In this document: piece after piece, positions 26,870-40,700 of the stretch
Position numbering within the stretch: position 1 is the first letter of the stretch
How the letters are laid out: each line of letters begins with the position of its first letter
Assembly: GCA_051294905.1 (NCBI GenBank)
Contig: CM119372.1
Coordinates: forward strand, 20,090,001-20,154,000
Source: Botryllus schlosseri
Taxonomy: Eukaryota
DNA length: 64,000 nt
Reading direction: 5' to 3'
The notes under the pieces: model-generated
Databases searched by the model: none
What the model was told of the DNA's origin: nothing
The model's input: the letters and a program-made list of their open reading frames with translations, nothing else
Translations under genes and position numbers: made by a program

Positions 26870-28091
26870 ATCTACTGAATATGCGACAAAATATAGAATT
26901 TTTTAACCGCAAAAACGAGACACGTTTACCTACCCTACCGGTAGTTTACGAAATATGGTTCGAACTTGTTTCGTCACGAAACCCTTATCACGAGCACTTA
27001 TTCTAATTCAGCAATCTAGGTATCAACTGAGCAAGGTTGTATGCAGCACTCACATCATATTTCCCAATACAAAATAACGGCACAGCAAACAACGTCACGC
27101 ACAGGCCAACAAAAGGAGCCGATAGTGATTGGGCTTTTGCTCATGCTGGTAAGAAATCGTGATTGTGACGTCACACAATCAAAAGTCTGTACCATTCCGA
27201 TTTAGGAGGCAACGACTTTCTCTGCGCGTCCTTGCGGAGTGGAGTTTGTTACGTGTGCTCAACACGCAATCGTCCAAAGGCCAGGCACAACTCTCATACA
27301 GGCAGCACGGTTATTCTACTAGCCCTCGTTGATGACTAGACTACTTCGTTCGGTCCATTAGCAATTTTTATTAACCCAATACACCACAAAAATAGCGATA
27401 CAATGAAAAGACTATGCCTGCTTCGGAGTATAATCGAAGTAACCGGATGAAAAGATCTGAGTTCGGTATATTATTATCTCAAATAAGATCCAGATACGAC
27501 GTCAAACATATCCTCCTCTGATCCTATGCAAAATGGCTTTGAAGTATTCAGCTTCAGCTGCGCAAAGCATAACCGCGTAGAGTACGTCCTACCTCGTGCT
27601 GCCACACTAACATAATTGAAGCTGTAATCTACGTAACCCTGTCGCAGGACTGGGTTTCTGAAGTATGTTGTAAGTTGTAACTCCTAAATAATGTTGCATA
27701 AAGCGTTCGCAATGGAAGGAAAAACACAGAAAGCTATGTCCTTAAATATCCAAACACCGTTTTACTAGATCGGATGAGCTTGATGCTACCCTATGAGCAT
27801 ATCTATTCATTGAAGTGTTTTGGAAAGGCACACGAATAAGTTATGTTCAACGGAGCCTGGCACGAACTGTCCTCTTCGTGATGTACAAGCTTGAAATCCT
27901 GCTCACAAGTCAAAAGTGTAAGGTGAGGATAACAGCTGACGACTGTTCATATCCAGTGTTCACGCATATTATGACATCGCTAGATATTTTACGATAGTAG
28001 ACCGGTCCCATAAAAAGGATACCCTGCGTACCGTTCTACAATATATAAAGAAACTGATGATTGCAACTGAAATCTAGGATCTACTAGTAGC

Positions 28092-28440
28092 TAGGCTCAC
28101 CATATTATGGAAATCTAAAAAGAGGACACTTCTTCAGAGACTTGAGACTTGCAAAACCGGAGAAGAATTCTTAAAAACCGGTGAATTTTTCCCACTATGT
28201 GGTTGGTTGACTAAAAAAAAAAGTCATTTTTCCGCCCAGAGCTCAAATCACAGTTTTTCACCCTGAAATAACCGCCGGAGCGTCACTTCTGAGCTAATTT
28301 ACGGCATATCACTCGCAATTTGCTCTAATTCTGACCTAAATTTTCTAAAAAGTGGACAAAATCTCAAAAAAGAGGACAAAAAGGGCTTCCTCCGAGGACA
28401 CTTTCGAAAAAGTCAAAAAAGAGGACGTATGGTAACCCTA
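28092..28440. mobile_element. Non-autonomous hAT MITE (family copy 2, same family as 6433-6778)
   Basis: Colinear with 6433-6778; TSD ctagtagc. Confidence 0.9.
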
Positions 28441-28704
28441 CTAGTAGCCCTTCATATTCAACAGACGCCACTAGTCCCCGCATTCCATTTGAACGACACC
28501 CTACCTATAAAGTTATAATAGCGTTGGTGATGCCACATCAAATTTCAATCACATAGATTTCTACCCCTTTACCAACGTGGAAACTTTTAAATGCAAAACA
28601 CAAGGTACTGTATTGTTTCATAAATGGGCAGTAAATTTGCACGATGTCATTACAGGCAATGCACACCAGTAAGTCGAATTGAAATAACGGGTGCCGTTCG
28701 ACAA

Positions 28705-31700
28705 TCAGGACGTGTGGAGCCTGATAATCCTCTGAAGCCGTCTGACGATTGGTCTCACGAAGACGCAGTTTCGTCCCGCATTCCACTGTGACTCGATGTC
28801 GCAGAGCTTTGCGAGGAACGCGTCGGTGAGGCAAGTCGGAAGGACTCTTTTCAGCTGGAAAGATAGAAACCGTTGGCTTTTCAAGAGCACGATTGAACAA
28901 TTTTGCGAATCACATTGCGAATTCGCAGGAGGCAACAGTTCTATTCAGTTACCGTGATACAGAAGCTTTTTCTCATGATTCTTATAACAATTTCACTTTG
29001 CTCCAAATTCATTCAAAACTACTTTCTACTTTTTCAAATCCTAAGTGTAAAAAGTAGTTTTGGCCAACAGCTGTTCAGGCAGAAGTATGACCGGTTGAAG
29101 GAGTGGTGCAAGTAGACAAAATCTGCTCTAGTACTAGCAAAAAGTTGAAGACTTAGTCACTGACGAATGACTAAATTGCGACTGACAAATATATGTTGAA
29201 AACAATCGATCTTTAAGTGGTATTGCCACCAGTAAAACGTATTGGGAAGACCGAATCTTTGTTTCCAGGACAATGGTCTTAGTATGGACCTAAGAGGTTT
29301 GCACATTTCGCAAGTCAAAGAACAGAACTCAGATAAATGACAAGAACAGCAGTTGAGCAGTCCGCCATTATACGTAAGAAGCAACTCACTTCGTCGACAG
29401 TGTCTCGACCAATACCAAGAGAAGGCTTTGCAAAAACAGGCGCAGCAGGAATCTCCGCGACTCCAGAAATATCTGTCACAAACAGACGAGACTTACAAGA
29501 CACATAAACAGCTGAAACGTCCGTACGTACCAGGTAGTTTTCTCATCGTGCCTTGCGATAACTTGCCGCTATTTTTGCGAAACAGAATCCCTTCCGCAGA
29601 GTCGCCGACGTTCGAAGCATGCAACACAAACGAGTCGAGATGACGCCAAAGCAAGAGCAAACAGTTCTCCATAATGAAGTGAAGGTTGGACAGCAACTTC
29701 TCCTGCGGAAGCAATGAATCGTCGCGACACAAAGCCGGAAGGCGAGATCGAGTCTTACCCGGGAAGCGATGCCGTTGCGCAGTTTTATGGCGGCTACAGA
29801 TCGACGCTGCGGTATGGACAGGTTGTCGTCTTCAGTGGCGGTGATCTTAATTGCAAAGACAGCACGCGTATGCTAATATTTGTGGTGAATAGTTCCGAGG
29901 TAGAAGTATTACTGAAGCGGTGAGCTGCTCTAATTAAGACCGGTCAATTGCCATCGAGTGACTAGGCTAAAAACAACAGTTGTACATATAAATTGAACAG
30001 GCAGCAGACACATTTCGCCAGTAACCGGATCAATAGAATTTTAGGGTCGTTACAATGCTGTGCATTTCTACAAAAGTAGAAGTACCAATTTCAAAGATAT
30101 GTTAAAACTGCTTCAAGTGAGAGACCTCAAAAGTCCTCACAAGTAAGTAGTTTAAAGAACACAAAATGAATACTCGAACGTGAATGGGATTACTTTTCAA
30201 AAAATCGACTTCGCTCGATTGTTGTGTCACTTTCACTGGTAAAAGTGATGCAAACCTGTCCAAAAACTGCTTTGCACTTCACAAAATCGAGTCTGAGTGG
30301 AAGCAGACTAAAAGTACATCCGCTCGCGTATGCTGTGCAAGCACGCAAAGCAGAGTACTCCCAAAAAGTTCAAGTACTCCGTTACTGGCCACCGCAGGAA
30401 TGATTATACAGTCACAATATACTTGTATTCCCCACAAAATCAAAACATTACATGGGATTTCTAACTCGGTTTGAGTACCATCGAAAATTAGCACATTGAG
30501 CTCAATTGCTTTCTACCCCCGATTATTTGAAATCTCATGTCGGCGACGTCATGTTTTGTGATACGATTGTTGATATACAATTTTCTTTCCAACACTCTAC
30601 TAGTTGCTGAAGATTACCCCTGACGAGTGTCAGCCAAAAACATTCGGCATCATTTCAATATGACTTGGCTGGGTGACGAGTCCCTACATCTTTACAGGAA
30701 GAGACGCAAGCTTACTTCTTTCAGTTCTTGCGTCGTCAATATGGTGATGTCGGTCAATTGCCTTTTGTGCGATGATAACAGATCCATCGACGTCGAAAAT
30801 TCAGAAACTGCGTTTTTCAAGATACGGACTAAAAGTCCCATGCTCGGCGGCCGGACAGAGGTGGCATAATCTGCTTCCGAAAAGAAAATACTGGTTACGA
30901 AGATCTCGTTCACAAAAGACGTTGAAATACGACACCTCTTCTGAACATGGTATCCATATCTGCGGCCTCGTCGAGACGCGGTGCAAACAACAGCACCGGA
31001 ACATCCAGATTTTTAGCAGTTTTCCTCACGACGGCAGTGCAGTAACTAAGCAGGTTTGCGCAAATCTCATGGACCAGCAAGTAGATCTGCCAAGCAAGTA
31101 CAAAAAATTAGGAGCAAATCTAAACACCAGATGTATACGCAACGATAGCCATCAACCACTTGATGTGATGTTCGTTACACAGATACCGATGTTATTCGGG
31201 GATTGGGGTATGCCAACACTGACATCGAACGAAAGTTCACGAGCAGGTAGGTTTGCGGTTCTCAACTGCCGGTCCGCGTCAACTTAACCACCCCTTGGTC
31301 AAATATACCGAATGTTATTCTCAATTATAATATATATGAGGTTGAAGGCTTGATCAGGAATTAGAGAGATATAACACCAAGTTTTAAACTGGTATACTTC
31401 CGTCGACTTCTCCTACGTCACAATGCTGTAAGAGCTGTACCAAACTGCTTTAAAAGTGACCCGCAAACAGTAATATGTGAAAGTTGAGATACCTTTTTAA
31501 ACAAAATTTGTAAAATTTCGACGGTACAGTTTAGCGATGTTTCACATTATAATAGAATCTATCAAACATCATGCCAAATATCTACTGTTAGAGCGACTCG
31601 TAAGCATTCAATGTCCCTGTTACTTACCCAGCCGAGAAAAAAGGAGGGTTGAAAAAGGTGGTTTGAAAAAATTTCAAATTTACCAGGTAATATCCATTTA

Positions 31701-34700
31701 TAAGGGTCAAACAAGCTTCCTTATGTTGATGACCTTACTGATATTTATGTATGATGTATAAAATGCTGGTTGAGGCATGTATACGATAACAACTCGAAGA
31801 GAAACAAATTACCTTTGCACATCAGATTGCCAGCAAGGTGCATGTCATCTATATGCCACACGTATATCAAATTACAAACAATCGCATTATTCGATGTACA
31901 ACTGAATACACATCCTCAAACCCAGAGGAGAAATTCCATCGGGTGTAGAAATCAACGTCTTTAATATCGAGATTGGGGTTTTGGCATCACACGTTGCGTT
32001 TTCTAATCACTCGCGTTCGATCAATGTGTTGCTAATTTGCTCACATAGTCGGAAGCACACAGAGTACAGAACAAATCCAATCCATAGATAAAAAATAACA
32101 TCCACCTCTTGCGTATCTTCCGCTCCGTCGCGATTCTGATTGTTCCTTTCCAGATCCCTCAGCCACTGACCGTTCACGCAATAGTGAGGAAGAAGAGCGA
32201 CGAGCTGACGCTGTGAAACAAACATGAAAAATCTCCTTACAAAAATAACGCTAAAAATTTGTCAGTAAACAATGAGGAATCTGGAAAAATGCATCTTTTG
32301 GGACAGATGGTGAAGTACACATTCCACTTCTTTTGGCATAAAAAAGAGTTCTATAATGCCACGAGCCACAGAATTTGTCGCCCAAGTATTCCAGACAACA
32401 TCGCAAAAACATTTTTAAAGTTAATTTTGCGACCAGAGACTTTATAAAGAAGTGATTGATTTATTATATTCTTTATTCACAGTAAAACTGGTAGATACAC
32501 ACATAATCCGGGGAGCAACCTGCCCCCAAAGGAAAATGGCGAGATTGGAGTAAATTTTTAAAATTTCAGTAATACATTCAAATTGTTATTCCTATGCAAT
32601 ACACGGAGAAGTCAGATTACAGAATTGCAGCAGATGAAGAATTGGCAAGGGTTACAGAGCAGAGGTAGAGATGATTGAAGATGAAGAATCGAAATTACAG
32701 AAATTATGCTGTGATTCACAAGCGTAATTTTAGTCCAGTGGTGCATTCAAGGCCTTCCGAAGAATGTGCACAGTGCCCAATAATGTGATCTTTTGGATCA
32801 TGTCGAATCGAACGTTACCCGGAATTTGTTGGATATGTCTCATGAGTTTTTTGCTCACGACCCCTGTAGCACCAATGACTATCGGTACAATGTTTATTTT
32901 GCATCGCCACATTTTCTCACATTCCATTTTGAGGTCTGCGTATTTGGAGTATTTTTCTGATTCTTTTTGCTGTAGGTTGTGATCAGCTGGGACAGCCAGT
33001 TCAATGAATAAGCATTCTCTTTTCTTTTTTAGTTTGACGATTATATCCGGGCGGTTGCTCCTGATTTCGCGGTCAGTTATAACTGGTACATCCCACAGAA
33101 TTTTTACTTGTTCGTTTTCTGTCACTGGTGCTGGGCTGTAATCGTACCAATTTTTTGTCGAAGTGGTGATGTTAAAATGTTTGCATAATTCAAGATGAAT
33201 GTAGTGACCAATCCTATTGTGTCTCCATGTGTATTCGGTAGCTGCAAGTGCACCACAGCCGGACATGAGATGTGCTACAGTTTCATTTTGGTTGTGGCAC
33301 ATTCTGCATTTGCCGTCCGTGTTTTGCTTCAGAATTCTTTTGCGATAGTATTTTGTAGGAAGCGATTGGTCTTGTGCTGCGAAACTGAATCCTTCGCTTG
33401 CCGGTTTCAGGCCAGAGCTGGATAGCCACGTCCATGAAAGCTCGTCTACATGGGGCTGTGAAGTTAACTTCTTGTGCTGTCCATGAAGAGGCATCGACTC
33501 CCATATCGTTTCTCTCATTTTCAGCGTTGCATTTTTGTATCGGACTCGTGCTGCTTTTGCTATTGTTGTGGGTTTAGCAACAGTGTTTTCTGCAGTGTAC
33601 AGGTTAGCTGTTTCCAAGTTGACTTCTCTGGCGTACTTGTCGTGACGATAGCTCAGAGATTTTGTTTTGCGCTGTTTGTCTTCCTGTGCAATGAGTTTGC
33701 AGTAAATGTTATCGCTGTTGTTGATGTACTGTGACAAGCCGATGATTTCTGTTTTGAAGGTTTGTTCAATTTCTTGTAGTCCTCGACCACCTTTTTTTCT
33801 GGGGATGTACAGTCTTTGTGTATCAGATTTTGGGTGATGCATGTGGTGCATTGTCATCAGTTTTCTCGTCTTTGTGTCCAATTTTTTAATTTCATCTTTA
33901 CGCCAGTTCACCACACCAAAGCTATATCTCAAGACAGGCACTGCAAGACTGTTTATGGCATTGATTTTGTTTTTGGAATTGAGTTCAGTTTTGAGAATTG
34001 ACTTGAGCCTGCTGATGTATTCTTTTTTTAGACTTGATTTCATTGCAGCATGTTTAATGTTGTCGCTTTCACAGATCCCTAGATATTTATAGTGATCTTC
34101 GGCATTCAATTCTGTTATGGTTTCGTCCATTTTGAAGTTCATGTCGCCAGTGCTGGTGGCTCTTCCGCGTCGTATGGTAAGTTTTGAGCATTTATCCAAG
34201 CCAAATTTCATTTTATATCTTCCGAAAACTCATGAACAATTTTCATTTGGTTATTCAGGTCTGTGTCGGATTTCGCATACAGTTTCAGATCATCCATGAA
34301 CAAAAGGTGATGAATCTTTTGACCTTCAGAATTTGCTGCTTTTTTCATCACGTATCCTGTTTCATTTTTTCTCAGCAACTCACTGAGTGGAGCTAAGCTG
34401 AGGCAGAATAGAAGTGGTGAGAATGAGTCGCCTTGGAAGATACCATTGCATATCTGAATTGTACAGGTTTCTGTTTCACCTTGGTCATGTTTGATCAACA
34501 GTTTTGTATGCCAATTTTTCATTGAATTTTCAATAAATCTGATGATGATCGGATTCATTTTGTACATACGCATTGTTTTCAGTATCCACGTGTGAGGGAC
34601 TGAATCGAAAGCTTTTTTGTAATCTATCCATGCCATGCTGAGGTTAGTGTGTCTCCTCTTGCAGTTTTATTATTATATTCTTTATTCACAGTAAAACTGG

Positions 34701-37700
34701 TAGATACACACATAATCCGGGGAGCAACCTGCCCCCAAAGGAAAATGGCGAGATTGGAGTAAATTTTTAAAATTTCAGTAATACATTCAAATTGTTATTC
34801 CTATGCAATACACGGAGAAGTCAGATTACAGAATTGCAGCAGATGAAGAATTGGCAAGGGTTACAGAGCAGAGGTAGAGATGATTGAAGATGAAGAATCG
34901 AAATTACAGAAATTATGCTGTGATTCACAAGCGTAATTTTAGTCCAGTGGTGCATTCAAGGCCTTCCGAAGAATGTGCACAGTGCCCAATAATGTGATCT
35001 TTTGGATCATGTCGAATCGAACGTTACCCGGAATTTGTTGGATATGTCTCATGAGTTTTTTGCTCACGACCCCTGTAGCACCAATGACTATCGGTACAAT
35101 GTTTATTTTGCATCGCCACATTTTCTCACATTCCATTTTGAGGTCTGCGTATTTGGAGTATTTTTCTGATTCTTTTTGCAGTAGGTTGTGATCAGCTGGG
35201 ACAGCCAGTTCAATGAATAAGCATTCTCTTTTCTTTTTTAGTTTGACAATTATATCCGGGCGGTTGCTCCTGATTTCGCGGTCAGTTATAACTGGTACAT
35301 CCCACAGAATTTTTACTTGTTCGTTTTCTGTCACTGGTGCTGGGCTGTAATCGTACCAATTTTTTGTCGAAGTGGTGATGTTAAAATGTTTGCATAATTC
35401 AAGATGAATGTAGTGACCAATCCTATTGTGTCTCCATGTGTATTCGGTAGCTGCAAGTGCACCACAGCCGGACATGAGATGTGCTACAGTTTCATTTTGG
35501 TTGTGGCACATTCTGCATTTGCCGTCCGTGTTTTGCTTCAGAATTCTTTTGCGATAGTATTTTGTAGGAAGCGATTGGTCTTGTGCTGCGAAAATGAATC
35601 CTTCGCTTGCCGGTTTCAGGCCAGAGCTGGATAGCCAGGTCCATGAAAGCTCGTCTACATGGGGCTGTGAAGTTAACTTCTTGTGCTGTCCATGAAGAGG
35701 CATCGACTCCCATATCGTTTCTCTCATTTTGAGCGTTGCATTTTTGTATCGGACTCGTGCTGCTTTTGCTATTGTTGTGGGTTTAGCAACAGTGTTTTCT
35801 GCAGTGTACAGGTTAGCTGTTTCCAAGTTGACTTCTCTGGCGTACTTGTCGTGACGATAGCTCAGAGATTTTGTTTTGCGCTGTTTGTCTTCCTGTGCAA
35901 TGAGTTTGCAGTAAATGTTATCGCTGTTGTTGATGTACTGTGACAAGCCGATGATTTCTGTTTTGAAGGTTTGTTCAATTTCTTGTAGTCCTCGACCACC
36001 TTTTTTTCTGGGGATGTACAGTCTTTGTGTATCAGATTTTGGGTGATGCATGTGGTGCATTGTCATCAGTTTTCTCGTCTTTGTGTCCAATTTTTTAATT
36101 TCATCTTTACGCCAGTTCACCACACCAAAGCTATATCTCAAGACAGGCACTGCAAGACTGTTTATTATTATATTCTTTATTCACAGTAAAACTGGTAGAT
36201 ACACACATAATCCGGGAAGCAACCTGCCCCCAAAGGAAAATGGCGAGATTGGAGTAAATTTTTAAAATTTCAGTAATACATTCAAATTGTTATTCCTATG
36301 CAATACACGGAGAAGTCAGATTACAGAATTGCAGCGGATGAAGAATTGGCAAGGGTTACAGAGCAGAGGTAGAGATGATTGAAGATGAAGAATCGAAATT
36401 ACAGAAGTTATGCTGTGATTCACAAGTGTAATTTTAGTCCAGTGGTGCATTCAAGGCCTTCCGAAGAATGTGCACAGTGCCCAATAATGTGATTTTCTGG
36501 ATCATGTCGAATCGAACGTTACCCGGAATTTGTTGGATATGCCTCATGAGTTTTTTGCTCACGACCCCTGTAGCACCAATGACTATCGGTACAATGTTTA
36601 TTTTGCATCGCCACATTTTCTCACATTCCATTTTGAGGTCTGCGTATTTAGAGTATTTTTCTGATTCTTTTTGCAGTAGGTTGTGATCAGCTGGGACAGC
36701 CAGTTCAATGAATAAGCATTCTCTTTTCTTTTTTAGTTTGACGATTATATCCGGGCGGTTGCTCCTGATTTCGCGGTCAGTTATAACTGGTACATCCCAC
36801 AGAATTTTTACTTGTTCGTTTTCTGTCACTGGTGCTGGGCTGTAATCATACCAATTTTTTGTCGAAGTGGTGATGTTAAAATGTTTGCATAATTCAAGAT
36901 GAATGTGGTGACCAATCCTATTGTGTCTCCATGTGTATTCGGTAGCTGCAAGTGCACCACAGCCGGACATGAGATGTGCTACAGTTTCATTTTGGTTGTG
37001 GCACATTCTGCATTTGCCGTCCGTGTTTTGCTTCAGAATTCTTTTGCGATAGTATTTTGTAGGAAGCGATTGGTCTTGTGCTGCGAAAATGAATCCTTCG
37101 CTTGCCGGTTTCAGGCCAGAGCTGGATAGCCAGGTCCATGAAAGCTCGTCTACATGGGGCTGTGAAGTTAACTTCTTGTGCTGTCCATGAAGAGGCATCG
37201 ATTCCCATATCGTTTCTCTCATTTTGAGCATTGCATTTTTGTACTGGACTCGTGCTGCTTTTGCTATTGTTGTGGGTTTGGCAACAGTGTTTTCAGCAGT
37301 GTACAGGTTAGCTGTTTCCATGTTGACTTCTCTGACGTACTTGTCGTGACGATAGCTCAGAGATTTTGTTTTGCGCTGTTTGTCTTCCTGTGCAATGAGT
37401 ATGCAGTAAATGTTTTCGCTGTTGTTGATGTACTGTGACAAGCCGATGATTTCTGTTTTGAAAGTTTGTTCAATTTCTTGTAGTCCTCGACCACCTTTTT
37501 TTCTGGGGATGTACAGTCTTTGTGTATCAGATTTTGGGTGATGCATGTGGTGCATTGTCATCAATTTTCTTGTCTTTGAATCCAATTTTTTAATTTCATC
37601 TTTGCGCCAGTTCACCACACCAAAGCTATATCTCAAGACAGGCACTGCAAGACTGTTTATGGCATTGATTTTGTTTTTGGAATTGAGTTCAGTTTTGAGA

Positions 37701-40700
37701 ATTGACTTGAGCCTGCTAATGTATTCCTTTTTCAGACTTGATTTCATTGCAGCATGTTTAATGTTGTCGCTTTCACAGATCCCTAGATATTTATAGTGAT
37801 CTTCGGCATTCAATTCTGTTATGGTTTCACCCAGTTTGAAGCTCATGTCGCCAGTGCTGGTGACTCTTCCACGTCGTATGGTAAGTTTTGAGCATTTATC
37901 CAAGCCAAATTTCATTTTTATATCTTCCGAAAACTCATGAACAATTTTCATTTGGTTATTCAGGTCTGCATCGGATTTCGCGTACAGTTTCAGATCATCC
38001 ATGAACAAAAGGTGATGAATCTTTTGACCTTCAGAGTTTGCTGCTTTTTTTCATCACGTATCCTGTTTCATTTTTTCTCAGCAACTCACTGAGTGGAGCT
38101 AAACTGAGGCAGAATAGAAGCGGTGAGAATGAGTCGCCTTGAAAGATACCATTCCGTATCTGAATTGTACAGGTTTCTGTTTCGCCTTGGTCATGTTTGA
38201 TCAACAGTTTGGTATGCCAATTTTTCATTGAATCTTCAATAAATCTGATGATGATCGGATTCATTTTGTACATACGCATTGTTTTCAGTATCCATGTGTG
38301 AGGGACTGAATCGAAAGCTTTTTTGTAGTCTATCCATGCCATGCTGAGGTTAGTGTGTCTCCTCTTGCAGTTTTCAAGAATGGTTTTGTCAAGGAGCAGG
38401 TGGTCCTTACAGCCAAGGGCACCTTCCTTGCATCCTTTCTGCTCAGGCGGAAGGAGGTTTTCTAGGTGTTTGTAGCTTCGTTTTGCCAGGATTTTGGTCA
38501 GTGTTTTGTACATGGTTGTCAGGCATGTTATCGGCCTGTAGTTCTTGGGGTCCCTGGTGTTTTCATTTTTTGGAATAAGATAGGTGATCCCTTGTGTGAA
38601 CCAGGCTGGGATCTCGTGCGAGTTGGTTGAGGATAAAAGCTCATTGTAGATCGCCGCTAGGTAATTATGTGTTGCAGTTAGTTTTTTTAGCCAAAAGTTT
38701 TTGATCTGGTCAGGACCAGCTGCTTTCCAGTTCAGTGAACTTTTTAGGGCCTCCTTGATTTCTTGTTTTGTGATTTCTGACCATTGTTGTTCTGGTGTTT
38801 GTAGTTGGTCAGTGTGGAGGTCTTGTATCCAAGTTGCATTTGAGTTGTGCAATTTTTCGGTTTCCCATATTTCTTTCCAAAATGATTCCAGATCTGCAGT
38901 GGCTGGAATTTTGCTGCTGGTAATTTTGTGGTTTGACTTTTGTTTCATCATTCGGAAAAATTGGCCAGGTTTGCGAGTAAATAACAAGTTTTGGCGATAT
39001 TGTGTTTCTCGTTTTTTATATCGTTTCAATCGTTGTGCTTTGGCGCATATTCTCATTTTTAATTCCTCTTGCAACATTGTCACTTTTTCTGTTGACTGCA
39101 GTTTTGTTTGGTGCTCCAGTTCTATTTTTTTTACTTTATTTTTTACTTTGCGGGAAACATTTCCTTTTTTTAGTTCTGAGAGTATCGCAACATCACACCT
39201 TAGTTTTGCGATTTTGTTTTCAATTCTGCGTTGCCAAGCTGGCGTGTGGCTTCCCCTTTTTTTGTTGACAGGTCTTGGTATTTTGCAGTGCCTTTCCGAG
39301 ATAACTGCCGCAGTGCTGTAAATGAGGTTGTTGATTGTCGTTAAGGGACATTGTGGTCTTTCTCCTTTTTTGTCATTTATTGCAGGTAGTATGGTTTCTG
39401 TCAAAATTTTGTTCGCTACTGCAATATCAGTTTTCAGTTTCTTTGTAATTTGTAGGTCAGGTAAATTCACTCTGTCATTTATATCCAATGTGGAGTTCAT
39501 TCGGTCGATAATTTTATTTTTGATCTCCAATTCTAATTCCGTGTCCATGTCATCAACGTTAGGTGATGTTGGTTCATTCGGGTGCCCGATGGTGTTTTGT
39601 GATTCTACCACTGGGATGTTCAGGTCTTCAAGTGGTTGTTGAGGATTCAGGTCATCTTGGCCTAATTGAAGTTCTAGTGCCTCAGAGTTTTCTGTGTTTT
39701 TGTTACAAATTATTATTATTTCCATTATTATTTCCATTCCCCTAATGCAGCTGTGCAAAGATGCGAACACTATCCCCTACCTGTATCCGCGACTGATGAG
39801 CTTGCAACTCGACGAGGACAGGCTGCGGAATGGTGTGCACCACCGCTTCGCTGGAAAAATCCAGACTGGCCACTTGACACAGGATTCCGGTGACGTATTT
39901 CAACTCCATGAGAGACTGAGAAAAAGAATCAACTTTAACGACCGCTGTTAGACTGACAATCGGCCACTGCAAACAATACAGACTGTCGGTTGTTGCCAAA
40001 AAAGGTTTAGAGCCGCTGCTCTATTTCACTTTTGTCTTCAGAATCGAAAATACCAGAAAGTTACTACAACAACAACAATGAAAAAAATCAGTCACCTGCA
40101 CGTCGCCAGGTATCGGCTGCAGCTTCAAAACCGGATTCACGACCGAGTCCATATGCGCCAGCATAAATTCAAACACCAGCCCGCCGGCTTCAAAGTGCGA
40201 CGCGCCCCCGAACGTGGACAGCACGGCCTGGCAGATCTTGAGCGCGGGGAACAGCAGCTGTCGATAACGCGACGTAGCGCTCGGCAAAAACGAGTCCGGG
40301 GAAACGGCGTCGTGCTGTGTCGGTCTCGCCTCCAGGAAGGAGCACTCGGAGAGCTTGGCGAGGACGCCGGCGTCGAGCACGGCTCTGGCGCCGGCCGGAG
40401 TGCGGGCGATCGAGCATAGGAAGGCCATCTTTTGCTCGTAGACGTATAGAGATCGGACAGCGTCTGTGTTTGGCGAGAGGGCTCGCTGCAGGGACTCGTC
40501 CTCTTGACGGAAGCTGGAGACGGAAGATATGATCGTGAGGTTGACCTTTATAACCCTAAAACTAGCCCTAACCTGGAACCTGAGAATGACATAACGAAAA
40601 AAATCAACAGTTGAGCACATCACTTTATACCCTAAAGCTAACTCAACCCTAACCGAATTTGAATTTTACACATGTGAGACAATGGAAATCGACATTTCAG

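Noticed and set aside
32764..39642. Repeated plus-strand ORFs (72, 76, 86, 206 aa and others)
   Set aside because: Antisense shadows of the retrotransposon ORF, repeated because the element is.
39711..39770. N-terminus MFASLHSCIRGMEIIMEIIII of the 579-aa ORF as the retrotransposon start
   Set aside because: It is host intron plus (TAA)n target read in frame; copy A is 5'-truncated at about 39710.
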